Source of the DNA: a virus
Taxonomy: Duplodnaviria > Heunggongvirae > Uroviricota > Caudoviricetes
Direction: 5' to 3' (one strand)
Virus record (IMG/VR): IMGVR_UViG_2627853794_000002
Coordinates: 1 to 40,524 of that record
Length of the DNA stretch: 40,524 bases
Of the stretch, positions 1-9,945 are shown piece by piece; the first letter of the stretch is position 1; each line of letters starts with the position of its first letter. The notes below the pieces were generated by a model. The model was not told the DNA's origin. It did no database searches and saw only the letters and a list, made by a program, of their open reading frames with translations. A program made the translations under genes and the position numbers.

Positions 1-753
1 TCAGATTCCCTGGTGAGTAAGAATTTTACTTTCTGAACTCCTCTGAGAGTATTGACTTGGAGAAACACCAAAATAACGTCTAAATACATAAGTAAAGTAT
101 GAGACACTGGCATAACCACAGACCTTAGCTACTTTACTAATAGGATAACAACGAGTGCTGAGTAAATATTCAGCCATTTGCATCCTCTCATCAAGTATGA
201 TCTTACTGAATGATACCCCCTCTTCTTTCAATTTCCTCTTTAGTAAACTTTCGCTGAGATATAATCTTGATGATATATCCTTAAGACGCCATGGTGCAGA
301 TAAATCCGTATGAATAATCGTTTTAACTTTAGCCCCTGTGCTTTTCAAACATCCAAACAGAAATACTCCAAATTGTTTTTCAGAAGAAAATGCAGAGAGA
401 CATGTAAAAGCAATAGACTCATCAAAAATTTCTATGTATTCAGCACAGTGATTAGCCCAACTAATTAATCCTTTAATTAAACTGAAGTCAGCAAAGTTTA
501 TTTTTAAATAAGATGGATATTCCCTACAATCAGAAATATCCCTTAAGTTATTAGCTTTCAAATAGCGACTAATAAACTCAGCGCCAAAATCCGCCACTAT
601 CACTCTTTCAGGATATGTCAGGAAAAAATCTCTAGAGCTAGAGTCGACAAGTACAGATGAACCTCTCTCCAGAAACACACTCTCTTTTCCGAAATAAACA
701 TCAAAGGACTCCAAAATCAATATAACTGAACATGTAGTTGCCATATCATCCAC
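1..753 (-). CDS. AraC/XylS-family transcriptional regulator (GadX/AppY/Rns-like)
   Basis: 250-aa ORF; C-terminal AraC-type HTH signature (CGYASVSYFTYVFRRYFGVSPSQY); AT-rich relative to the phage backbone. Confidence 0.7.
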   Translation of the reverse strand: MDDMATTCSVILILESFDVYFGKESVFLERGSSVLVDSSSRDFFLTYPERVIVADFGAEFISRYLKANNLRDISDCREYPSYLKINFADFSLIKGLISWANHCAEYIEIFDESIAFTCLSAFSSEKQFGVFLFGCLKSTGAKVKTIIHTDLSAPWRLKDISSRLYLSESLLKRKLKEEGVSFSKIILDERMQMAEYLLSTRCYPISKVAKVCGYASVSYFTYVFRRYFGVSPSQYSQRSSESKILTHQGI

Positions 754-1326
754 CCAATTTAACTGAAACCAGGATGAAGTATATGTATATAAAGTTCACT
801 TTGCCAAACTTCAGTATAAAAAACCACTAAAAATAGGGTGTGATAAAAAATACCGTAACAATAAAGCAAAGGATTATAAATTCCGTTACAGTTACAAATG
901 ATACTCAAGAAACAATTCCTTAGGAAAAACTTATTTACAGCCAATAAGTAAGACACTTATATGATATCAAGTTTTCATAAAACATAACTAGGCTAAATAG
1001 CTGCGCCTAATACCGCTACACTTTTGCCAGCCCATGTTTGCCTCCGGGTATTGACCCCTTCTCTACGCAACTTCAGTTCCCACCACCAACTTTGCGGCAG
1101 CTTTGTAGGATCAATGTCTAAAAGAATAATGGTGACCGATAAGAAAACGACTGAATAACTGCAGATTTTCGCTCAAAACCTTCCTGTCAGATCCATAGCG
1201 AATCAAGTGCTGAATGTCACAGTATCGAACAGAAAACAGTGACGATCTAACCCTTCAAGAATATTCTACGATTGTTCTGTTTAGGAAAAGCAAGGCGGGA
1301 AGTCGGGAGATAAGTCATTGATAAAG

Positions 1327-1388
1327 TGGCGGAGAGAGGGGGATTTGAACCCCCGGTAGAGTTGCCCCTACTCCGGTTTTCGAGACCG
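1327..1388 (-). pseudogene. Truncated tRNA-Ser(CGA)-like gene, 3' ~62 nt only (acceptor 3' strand, T-arm, variable arm, part of anticodon arm)
   Basis: Minus strand reads ...GGTCTCGAAAACCGGAGTAGGGGCAACTCTACCGGGGGTTCAAATCCCCCTCTCTCCGCCA; matches 3' part of E. coli serU as recalled; no D-arm or 5' acceptor strand upstream. Confidence 0.6.
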
Positions 1389-1471
1389 ACCCGATCATCA
1401 AACGAAACATAAAATTAGCTCACATTATGAGGAAAGGTATCTTTTTGCGCTATGTAAATTCAAAGGGTTAG

Positions 1472-2341
<870 letters not shown>

Positions 2342-2361
2342 GTCTTTAAGTGATAAGCATA

Positions 2362-2398
2362 AACCGCAGCACGATCTTGCATACGACGTGCTACGGTT
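2362..2398. terminator. Hairpin between convergent GIY-YIG gene and pin (candidate bidirectional terminator)
   Basis: Inverted repeat aaccgcagcacg / cgtgctacggtt with ~13-nt loop, directly after both stop codons. Confidence 0.4.
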
Positions 2399-2953
2399 TC
2401 ATTTATCTCCGACCGAAAACTTCTTATACAGTGTCGATATACCAACATCATAGATGATCGCCACCTTCTGGCGAGGAACGCCTGATGCAATTAATCGCCC
2501 GGCCTGCGCCCATTGTTCTGGTGTAAGTTTGGGACGACGTCCACCAATTCGTCCCTGTGCGCGAGCAGCTTCCAGTCCAGCTTTTGTTCGTTCAACAATC
2601 AGTTCACGCTCCATTTCAGCCGGGGCACCCATGACATGAAAAAAGAAACGGCCCATTGGGGTGCTGGTATCAATACTGTCAGTCAGGCTTCGGAAATTCA
2701 CGCCACGCTGACGCAACTCTTCTATCAGCGTAACAAGATGCCGCATACTGCGCCCCAACCTGTCCAGCTTCCAGACAACCAGAGTGTCTCCTGCCGATAG
2801 TGTCCTGAGCAGCTTTTTCAGCCCCGGTCTGTCGGACTTTGTACCGCTTATCTTGTCTTCAAAAATCAGCTCGCATCCTGCACAGTTCAACGCATTACGT
2901 TGTAGATCGGTGTTCTGGTCATTTGTTGATACGCGAACATAGCCAATAAGCAT
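2399..2953 (-). CDS. pin: Serine-recombinase DNA invertase (Pin/Gin/Hin family)
   Basis: MLIGYVRVSTNDQNTDLQRNAL... resolvase catalytic domain plus C-terminal HTH; near-identical to e14 Pin as recalled; start taken at internal ATG 2953. Confidence 0.9.
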   Translation of the reverse strand: MLIGYVRVSTNDQNTDLQRNALNCAGCELIFEDKISGTKSDRPGLKKLLRTLSAGDTLVVWKLDRLGRSMRHLVTLIEELRQRGVNFRSLTDSIDTSTPMGRFFFHVMGAPAEMERELIVERTKAGLEAARAQGRIGGRRPKLTPEQWAQAGRLIASGVPRQKVAIIYDVGISTLYKKFSVGDK

Positions 2954-3021
2954 GATAGCTCCTCCTGACAAAAACAGGAACGATGCCATTTGCGCGCTAT
3001 TTCTGCATTTTCATAAACGTT

Positions 3022-3042
3022 GGTTTGGGAGAGGCGGCAAAA
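3022..3042. repeat. Invertase crossover site, left copy
   Basis: ggtttgggagaggcggcaaaa; inverted copy at 4573-4593 with 1 mismatch; encodes GLGEAAK in both tail-fibre reading frames. Confidence 0.6.
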
Positions 3043-3366
3043 ATGTCTGCCGCTGCACTTGTCATTAACGGTAATACGTTGACAGCAAAAATCCCGGTAG
3101 TTATTAACGGCGTTAACAGGGAGTTTATTATTCAGGCATCTCAGATATCCAGCTCAGCAAGCAATGGTGTTATTACCTTCCCATCCGCATTTCCAAATGC
3201 GTGTATTGCGATTTTTGCGCATGACTTTGCGACAGCGTCTACGGATTTATCGAATGTTCGGTTCTATATGCCAGGAAGAACATCAGCATCATGGACAGGG
3301 CAAAATATGAGTACAGGCAGTGAATCATCACCTGCAACATGGTGTTGGCTGGCAATTGGCTGGTAA
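3022..3366 (+). CDS. Alternative tail-fibre C-terminal cassette (silent in this orientation)
   Basis: ORF 2983-3366 shares GLGEAAK with the expressed fibre at the crossover site; no own start downstream of site; would fuse to fibre N-terminus after inversion. Confidence 0.55.
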   Translation, partial: GLGEAAKMSAAALVINGNTLTAKIPVVINGVNREFIIQASQISSSASNGVITFPSAFPNACIAIFAHDFATASTDLSNVRFYMPGRTSASWTGQNMSTGSESSPATWCWLAIGW

Positions 3367-3786
3367 ATGGAGAAAACAATGAAATATTTTACATCTGCTC
3401 CGATTGCTCTTTATAACTCCGATATATCCTCTTATATACCCGGTGACGCAGTAGAAATCAGTGATGAAGTATATGACGCACTTATTGCTGGTCAGGAGGC
3501 AGGAAAGAATATTACGGCAGACAGTAACGGACTGCCTGTACTGGCAGAACCCGCACAACCAACTCATGATGAATTGGTTGCAGCATCTGAATTAATGAAA
3601 CAGCATCTGATTGATGCTGCTATGGCTTCCATCAGTCTGATTCAGCTGAAATTGCAGGCCGGACGTAAATTGACGCAGGCAGAAACAACCCGGCTTAACG
3701 CTGTGCTGGATTACATTGACGCAGTGACGGCAACAGATACCAGCACCGCGCCGGATGTCATCTGGCCTGAACTGCCGGAGGCGTAG
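3367..3786 (+). CDS. Tail fibre assembly protein (alternate-orientation copy, Tfa family)
   Basis: 139 aa; C-terminal ...APDVIWPELPEA typical of Tfa chaperones; follows silent fibre cassette. Confidence 0.7.
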   Translation: MEKTMKYFTSAPIALYNSDISSYIPGDAVEISDEVYDALIAGQEAGKNITADSNGLPVLAEPAQPTHDELVAASELMKQHLIDAAMASISLIQLKLQAGRKLTQAETTRLNAVLDYIDAVTATDTSTAPDVIWPELPEA

Positions 3787-4210
3787 GCCATTCAATATCT
3801 GGCGCACTGGAGGTATCAACCAGCTCCAGTGCATCCAGATAATCCAGCCACAAATTATATTGCGCCAGTTCCTCACCTTTCAGACGACCAATAGCGGCTT
3901 TACCGGGCCATTGCTTACTGTTCATGTATTCGTTGGCCTGGTTAATTAGTAGCTGTCTTTCTGATTCAGTAATTTCAATAAGCTCTTCATGCGTGGGTGG
4001 AGGAATATCTGCCCACGCAGGCAGCCCATCATCTCCGGCAATACGGATTTTTCCTTGTGGCGGTTCAGCCATAAACTCACTGATAATATTTTGATTTACT
4101 TCCTTAGCGTCTGATAAATCCCATCCCTCTGATTTATATTTATCAATCATATCCACAGGGAAAAAAGCATTATGCCTTGCGCTATAAACATATTCGTTCA
4201 TATAAATCAC
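3758..4210 (-). CDS. Tail fibre assembly protein (expressed-orientation copy, Tfa family)
   Basis: 150 aa; ...APDIEWPTPPAVQAR; immediately downstream of tail fibre gene. Confidence 0.75.
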   Translation of the reverse strand: MIYMNEYVYSARHNAFFPVDMIDKYKSEGWDLSDAKEVNQNIISEFMAEPPQGKIRIAGDDGLPAWADIPPPTHEELIEITESERQLLINQANEYMNSKQWPGKAAIGRLKGEELAQYNLWLDYLDALELVDTSSAPDIEWPTPPAVQAR

Positions 4211-4221
4211 CCTGAATAAAA

Positions 4222-4884
4222 TTACTCACCAACAGCCCACCAACTGTAATTCATCGATACCGTGTCGCTGGTTGATGACGTTCTGTAAGCAGAATTAAAG
4301 CCGGTTAACGTTGGGCCTTCTGCAGTCATCACGAACCCTCGCCCAGCGCCTAAAGGCGCACCGCCATCACCAGAATGAGTAAGCATGGCGCAGTCCGCTT
4401 TTTTGGGGAAAGGGATGCTGAATGTAATTCTCATTGTTTGCGTCGATAATGTCGGCGTAACCGCACCACGACCATATTGCAGGATTTTCCCGTTGGGTAA
4501 TTTCATCCACCCATCACCACTGGCAAAAGAGGCCATGTCCGGTATCTGATTTTCCCCTGTCCCCACATCCCGTTTTGCCGCTTCTCCCAAACCAAGGTTT
4601 TCGAGAGCCGTTTTCACCGTGCCATCCGATTTGATATCGCCAAACGGATTCTTGCGGCTTAACAGCAGCGCACGAAGCGCGGTAAGCAGCTGGTCGTGCC
4701 GCGCCTTCTCAAGACTGGCACCGGATGCCTCAACAACGCTACAAAGTTCTTCCTGCAACATGTCAAAGTAGTCATCATCCAGATCGGTGGCAGGCGTGCC
4801 AGTCTGGGGGTTACCACGGGTAAAACCGTTTTTACCCGCGCCGAACTTATCCTTCTGCGCGGTTTTCGTGTCTATACGATGCAT
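4222..4884 (-). CDS. Tail fibre protein (constant N-terminus outside, variable C-terminus inside the invertible segment)
   Basis: 220 aa; crossover site falls at codons 98-104 (GLGEAAK); followed by Tfa gene. Confidence 0.75.
   Translation of the reverse strand: MHRIDTKTAQKDKFGAGKNGFTRGNPQTGTPATDLDDDYFDMLQEELCSVVEASGASLEKARHDQLLTALRALLLSRKNPFGDIKSDGTVKTALENLGLGEAAKRDVGTGENQIPDMASFASGDGWMKLPNGKILQYGRGAVTPTLSTQTMRITFSIPFPKKADCAMLTHSGDGGAPLGAGRGFVMTAEGPTLTGFNSAYRTSSTSDTVSMNYSWWAVGE
4573..4593. repeat. Invertase crossover site, right copy (inside tail fibre CDS)
   Basis: ttttgccgcttctcccaaacc = reverse complement of left copy with one mismatch. Confidence 0.6.
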
Positions 4885-4887
4885 GGA

Positions 4888-5472
4888 TTACTCCGGATAT
4901 TTAAAAATTACGTAGGTATGCGACGGGCAGAGTTTGTTAAGCACACACTCGACAACGGTGTCGCCCCAGATACGCAGTGCGGAATCACAGGGATCGCCAC
5001 ATGTCATCCAGGTGGTGTTGGTGGTGGCTGGCATGTTGACCTGCCAGTAATACCGCCATTCCGGCGCATTCACCGCGTCAGTACAGGCCGATGAGCAGGT
5101 GAACGTGCTTTTGTCGTATCGCGTGATGGTGGCATCTGGTCTGCCCAGGGCAGCAAGCTGTGCAAGATAAAAATCCTCGTTGATGCCGCCCGCCAGGTTA
5201 ACCTTCGCATCCAGCCGTTGCTGACGCTGGCGAAGGGTCTGCGTTCCCGCCGGAATACATTCATCCGGCAGACCGCACAGACGCTCCCAGCGGTTTATCA
5301 GTTCAGTGGTGGTGCGCGGATCCAGCTCCCGCATCAGGGCATCCGCACGCTGATGAACACGGGTTAATGACGGTGCCGCACCGGCAATCGCCGGATCGCT
5401 GGCTGACCACGCCGGACCGGGCGGCAACAGTGCCGATAACAGGCGGATGTAATCATCGTTTGTCACGTCCAT
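4888..5472 (-). CDS. Baseplate/tail protein (YmfQ-like, Mu gp48-like)
   Basis: 194 aa; position between baseplate J-like gene and tail fibre; resembles e14 YmfQ as recalled. Confidence 0.55.
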   Translation of the reverse strand: MDVTNDDYIRLLSALLPPGPAWSASDPAIAGAAPSLTRVHQRADALMRELDPRTTTELINRWERLCGLPDECIPAGTQTLRQRQQRLDAKVNLAGGINEDFYLAQLAALGRPDATITRYDKSTFTCSSACTDAVNAPEWRYYWQVNMPATTNTTWMTCGDPCDSALRIWGDTVVECVLNKLCPSHTYVIFKYPE

Positions 5473-6521
5473 GAAATCGTCCCCAGTACCGCCAGTTCGT
5501 TTTTCGCAATGGAGATATTGTCCACCGGTGCAAGCAACTGATGGCTGTATTCCCCGTTCGCACCGGAAATCGCCTCACTGATACGCGATACCTTCAGTTC
5601 TCCCTGCGGATAACCATCACGCAGCAGGAACGAACGCAACTCCGCGGTAATGGCAGCCCGTATTTCCGGTGTGTCCGGCGTCACGCGGATATGAAAATCC
5701 ACCGTATGTGCCACCGGCCTGAATACATACAAATCAGAGCCTGCCACCGGGGCCAGTGGCCCGATATGTTGTCTTGCTGCCGTTTCCGTTGATTCTTCCG
5801 GAATGGGATTAATCAGGTCACTGCTGGCAATCATCACACCGACAGTTCCCGTTCCCATCCAGTGACGGTATGTCCATGCGCGGGTAATGCCGGGCACTTC
5901 TTTAGCCCAGACGACATAGTCCCCGTCAGCCCCGCCCTGAGGCGTCCAGTAATACCGCTCAATGACGCGGGCGCGCCACGTTTCCAGCTCTTCAGTATCA
6001 AATCCACCTGTCAGGGTATCTGCCACGCCGGAAGACGGCAGACCATTAACCGGCGTGACCAGGATTAATGACGTACCGTCGTCAGCGTTACCGACCGCGC
6101 CTGCACTTGAGCAGGCGATCGGCACGCGCAGGACACCACCGGAGCTGGTTGCATCGGCAGTTGCCGTGTACTGAACCAGGTCATCGCGCTGAATAACACT
6201 CCCGGCGGTCACCTTCAGGCCATCGCTGACACCTTCCCAGCGCATATACCCGCTGGCAGCCGTGGCCCCCTTGCGCGGACACCGTTTCATCGCAGCATGT
6301 CGCGCCAGCCAGGACGCATCGCACAGGTCAGGCAGCATGTTCATTGCCAGATAATCGATGTACCCGTAAACCGTATGCAGCGCCGCCGCATACACCTTTG
6401 CCCGCACGTCTTCATCCATGCGCCGGAGCGTGTCGCTGACGTCCAGCCTGGCGAATAAATCGTTACGGAGCATACTGATATTTTCTGCCAGCGTCGGGCG
6501 CTGAAATTCACTGTCCGCCAT
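5463..6521 (-). CDS. Baseplate J-like protein (Mu gp47-like)
   Basis: 352 aa; synteny within Mu-like baseplate module. Confidence 0.65.
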   Translation of the reverse strand: MADSEFQRPTLAENISMLRNDLFARLDVSDTLRRMDEDVRAKVYAAALHTVYGYIDYLAMNMLPDLCDASWLARHAAMKRCPRKGATAASGYMRWEGVSDGLKVTAGSVIQRDDLVQYTATADATSSGGVLRVPIACSSAGAVGNADDGTSLILVTPVNGLPSSGVADTLTGGFDTEELETWRARVIERYYWTPQGGADGDYVVWAKEVPGITRAWTYRHWMGTGTVGVMIASSDLINPIPEESTETAARQHIGPLAPVAGSDLYVFRPVAHTVDFHIRVTPDTPEIRAAITAELRSFLLRDGYPQGELKVSRISEAISGANGEYSHQLLAPVDNISIAKNELAVLGTISWT

Positions 6522-6936
6522 GCGTTATCGCACTCCACAGATCATCAAAAGAAATCATTACCGGTCCGTCACGACGCCAGAGGGTGATACTGTTACCCAG
6601 TTCATTAATCCCGGTGCGGCGGATATCCAGATCAATACGGGACACCACGCCGTCATCAATCATCCATTGCAGGCATTCGCGGATATACCCCCTTACCGTC
6701 TGCACCAGCTGATTGGTCAATTTGCTGCGCTGAAGCAGCCACAGTCGGGAGCCGTAACGGTCATTCTGTACCGCAGGCCAGGTATCCCCCCACCATCCCA
6801 TCGGGACGTCGGCGTTGTCATCAGGCTCCGCCCGCCGCCAGGTAAACAGGGAAATCACCACAGCGCGGGTCAGCGGATCCAGCGGTGCGCTGGCGCAGGT
6901 GCGTTTACCGTTCACCGTCAGCCACAGTTCCATCAT
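6508..6936 (-). CDS. Baseplate protein (Mu gp46-like)
   Basis: 142 aa; overlapping coupled ORF in baseplate operon. Confidence 0.5.
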   Translation of the reverse strand: MMELWLTVNGKRTCASAPLDPLTRAVVISLFTWRRAEPDDNADVPMGWWGDTWPAVQNDRYGSRLWLLQRSKLTNQLVQTVRGYIRECLQWMIDDGVVSRIDLDIRRTGINELGNSITLWRRDGPVMISFDDLWSAITHGGQ

Positions 6937-7481
6937 GCCTCCATCGCTTTATCAGGTTTGTCGGTGTTACTGCCCTGACCGTTCTCTCTGTGACGATGCC
7001 CGTTATAGGCAAGCCGCATCGCTGACATGGTGGTGCCGCCGGAGTCGCACAGGTCTTTCACCTGTCCTGTCACTTCCAGGTCCATTTCAAAACGTGCTTT
7101 AGGTGAATTGCGAAACGTGATCGTTTTACCTGCACCGTCCACCACGATCCCCTCCCGGGTCAGCGTCACGGACTGCCCCTGATCGTCATAGACAGCCACC
7201 TCACCCGTCTGCAGCCCTTTCAGGCGGTAGCGCCGGTCCGACACCGTAACAACCACCGCATGAGAACGGTCACCATCCGGAAACAACACCACCGCTTCCG
7301 CACCGCTGTTTGCCCTTGCGGTAAAACCGTAGGGTTCAAGATGTTCAACCCCGGCTTTGGGTTCACCGGCAATCAGGGACACATCCACGGTCTGACATTT
7401 CGTGGCGGCACTGATGCTTTTCACCACCGCCCGCCCAATCAGGCCGAAGAGTTGTCGCTGTATGGTTTCAATCGCCTTCAT
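6933..7481 (-). CDS. Baseplate assembly/spike protein (gpV / Mu gp45-like)
   Basis: 182 aa; synteny; translationally coupled to neighbours. Confidence 0.5.
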   Translation of the reverse strand: MKAIETIQRQLFGLIGRAVVKSISAATKCQTVDVSLIAGEPKAGVEHLEPYGFTARANSGAEAVVLFPDGDRSHAVVVTVSDRRYRLKGLQTGEVAVYDDQGQSVTLTREGIVVDGAGKTITFRNSPKARFEMDLEVTGQVKDLCDSGGTTMSAMRLAYNGHRHRENGQGSNTDKPDKAMEA

Positions 7482-8560
7482 CAGAACGGGTCCTCCTGTA
7501 CTCTGGCCTTTTTCTTTTTCCGCGCGCCGGGGGCTTCGGGTTCAGGCAGATAAGCATCAGGTGGGCCGACACGGATTTCCGTCAGGGTGCCGTTCTGGTC
7601 CTGAGTAAACGTGACTTCCGAGACAAGCAGTTCGGTATTGTCGAAACCACAGACCGGATCGAAGACAATCACCCGCTGGTTGGGCTGCCACAGCGTACCG
7701 TTACCCTGTCGCCAGCCCTGCACCACATAGGTGGTTTCATCCGTCCGCGCCGCCCGTTGTCGGGCTTCAAAGTCAGCACGCGCAATACAGCCTGCCCCCG
7801 TAGCCTGCCCTGTCTGCCTGATATACATCGGACGGTAACGGGCAATAAATGCGTCCTCTGTGCGGGCCCGCAGCGCGGTGGTGGTGGCCTCACCGAAATC
7901 ATCGTCGTTTCCGGCACGCTGCCCCGCCACCTGGTAAACTGAAAACCGCTCCCGGATACTCTTCTCCGTATCGCAGGAAAGGATGTTTTCCCCGAGTACC
8001 AGCGCGGTATGTGCCCGCGTTGAGCCAATACCGCCAATCACCAGCCTGCCGTGCGGGTCGTCGTAAGCCAGCGCCTGCTGCTGACCGAGTATTTTGTTGA
8101 TCACCTCGATCACCGTTTCACCGTGATCAGGCTGGACATCAGGAATAACACCCGACGGCGCACCACTGTTCACCACCTCAATGCCGAAAGGCGCAGCAAG
8201 CGCCTGCGCAATCTGTACCAGCGATCGTCCGTTAAACTGTGTCGGTTCGGCTGCACAGTCAATCAGGTCAGCGGTCAGACTACGTCCGGCAATACCGGTG
8301 CTGACCGAACGGGCATCGTAACGAACGGGCGTCGCCTCCACCCAGCCGGTGATCACCAGCTCATCACCAATCAGCACCTCCACTTTTGAACCGTTTTTAA
8401 TGCGCGGCTGAAGCGTGGTGATACCCTCATCACCCGGCCACTGGCGGGTGATCTCCACACTGAAATCCCGCGCCAGCCGTTCAATACCGGCACCGATGCG
8501 CACCGATGTCCAGCCATTCCACTCCCGGCCATTTACCCGTAGCGTGACATTGTCGTTCAT
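7481..8560 (-). CDS. Baseplate hub protein (Mu P / gp44-like)
   Basis: 359 aa; synteny after DNA circulation-like gene. Confidence 0.55.
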   Translation of the reverse strand: MNDNVTLRVNGREWNGWTSVRIGAGIERLARDFSVEITRQWPGDEGITTLQPRIKNGSKVEVLIGDELVITGWVEATPVRYDARSVSTGIAGRSLTADLIDCAAEPTQFNGRSLVQIAQALAAPFGIEVVNSGAPSGVIPDVQPDHGETVIEVINKILGQQQALAYDDPHGRLVIGGIGSTRAHTALVLGENILSCDTEKSIRERFSVYQVAGQRAGNDDDFGEATTTALRARTEDAFIARYRPMYIRQTGQATGAGCIARADFEARQRAARTDETTYVVQGWRQGNGTLWQPNQRVIVFDPVCGFDNTELLVSEVTFTQDQNGTLTEIRVGPPDAYLPEPEAPGARKKKKARVQEDPF

Positions 8561-9927
8561 TGCACTGGCACCTTCAGAGGGATCACCGGCACAAAGCCGG
8601 GATGCGTAATGGCATTACGCCGAATAATGTCCGCGTCACGCGCCGCGTTATCAAACCAGGTCGCCGCCAGCACCAGCGCGGGTAAAACCTCATCCGGTGT
8701 GCGCTGAATGATCCGTGCAGACTGTTCAAGGCGCGTGTTGATATCCGCATTCAGATCTGCTTTCACCCGGCGCAGCGCCAGAAACAGCGCATCACTGGTT
8801 GTACGGGACAACTCCTTATCAATTGCCGTATTCAGTGTGTCGCGAATGTCAGTCAGTTCTTCCCACGTCGGCAGGTCAACTGTGTTTTTCACCGCCGGTG
8901 CATTGTTCAGTGCCGGATGCGTGACGGAAGGCCAGCCGGTGCTCTGCGCAGCTGTTGTTGCCTGCCCCACTGCGGCATTCTGCATCACCGCGGAAGTTGT
9001 TGGCGCAGGCAATCGGGTGACGGCATACGCCGCTTCGCTGATTGCGGTCGTACGAAGGGTGCTGGCAACCACGTTACGCTGCTGCGTCGCCGTAGCGGTG
9101 GTTTTACTGTCCGTTTTCCAGACGCCGCGCGGTTGCAGATCGCTGCCGAGGCTGACACCGGAAAGCGTTTTGATCATGGTGACCAGGTCGCTGGCGTTAC
9201 CATAAAGGCGTTTCCCGGTACGCCACATTTTCTGCACCTGCTCAACGAAATTTTTGCCTGACGATGGCGGCGGCAGAAGTACCGAGATATCCCCCTGCAA
9301 CAGCCTGGCGGCATCCGATACGGCAGAATCCACCACTTTCATCGCATCAGAAACATACCCAAGCATTATGCTGGCATTACCGATAACGTCGTTCTGCACG
9401 AAATCCGCCACGCCATCGATACTGAAACCTCTGAAGCTGTCACTGATGCAGTCATCCAGTGCAGAACAGGATGACATCAGCGTCTGCGCCGTCGCCGCAC
9501 CTGAAGTGGGGTAAGAGAGTTCTCCCGCTTCGACAAACTTCAGGTCAAAGCGGACAATACGCCCTTCACTCTTCGATGTGCTGACCCGAACTTCTCCGTC
9601 AACACAGACTTTCAGCTCACCGTATGTCGGATGGACAAGCGTGCCGGGACCGGGTTTATTCAGCGCGTCAATCAGGCGATCGCGCTGGTCAAAGCAGTCA
9701 TCTCCCACCACATAAGCCGTGATGGACGGGCGGAAAGTGATTTTCCCCAGGTCTTCGGTATAGGGTTTGTCGCGGTTCGGGTATTCGTGCGTTTCCACAC
9801 GACGACCGGTTCCCGTACTTTCTTCTTCAACCTTAAAAGGCACACCGCGAAATGACGCGTCCTGAAGTCTGTCTTTCCACGTCATATAAACTCCGTACAT
9901 AAAAAATCCCACCGGAGTGGGACTCAT
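8557..9927 (-). CDS. DNA circulation protein-like tail protein (Mu N / gp43-like)
   Basis: 456 aa; follows tape measure gene as in Mu-like tail modules. Confidence 0.55.
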   Translation of the reverse strand: MSPTPVGFFMYGVYMTWKDRLQDASFRGVPFKVEEESTGTGRRVETHEYPNRDKPYTEDLGKITFRPSITAYVVGDDCFDQRDRLIDALNKPGPGTLVHPTYGELKVCVDGEVRVSTSKSEGRIVRFDLKFVEAGELSYPTSGAATAQTLMSSCSALDDCISDSFRGFSIDGVADFVQNDVIGNASIMLGYVSDAMKVVDSAVSDAARLLQGDISVLLPPPSSGKNFVEQVQKMWRTGKRLYGNASDLVTMIKTLSGVSLGSDLQPRGVWKTDSKTTATATQQRNVVASTLRTTAISEAAYAVTRLPAPTTSAVMQNAAVGQATTAAQSTGWPSVTHPALNNAPAVKNTVDLPTWEELTDIRDTLNTAIDKELSRTTSDALFLALRRVKADLNADINTRLEQSARIIQRTPDEVLPALVLAATWFDNAARDADIIRRNAITHPGFVPVIPLKVPVQ

Positions 9928-9945
9928 TAACAGATTAATTTTTCA

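Larger units (their letters stand above)
3022..4593. other. Invertible tail-fibre host-range segment (P/G-segment-like), ~1.57 kb
   Basis: Flanked by inverted 21-bp repeats; contains two opposed sets of fibre C-terminus plus tail fibre assembly gene; adjacent pin invertase. Confidence 0.65.

Noticed and set aside
759-956. 65-aa minus-strand ORF upstream of the AraC-family regulator
   Set aside because: Lies in the AT-rich promoter region, low-complexity hydrophobic translation, no RBS; probably not a gene.
1128-1144. Possible attR core resembling the thrW 3' end (tggtgaccgataag versus tggtgccgataata)
   Set aside because: Only ~13 of 14 nt with an indel and no extension of similarity; too short to call an att site without alignment statistics.
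2983-3021. First 13 codons of ORF 2983-3366 as coding sequence
   Set aside because: This part overlaps the pin start region and lies outside the invertible segment; the ORF is only meaningful from the crossover site onward as a silent fibre cassette.
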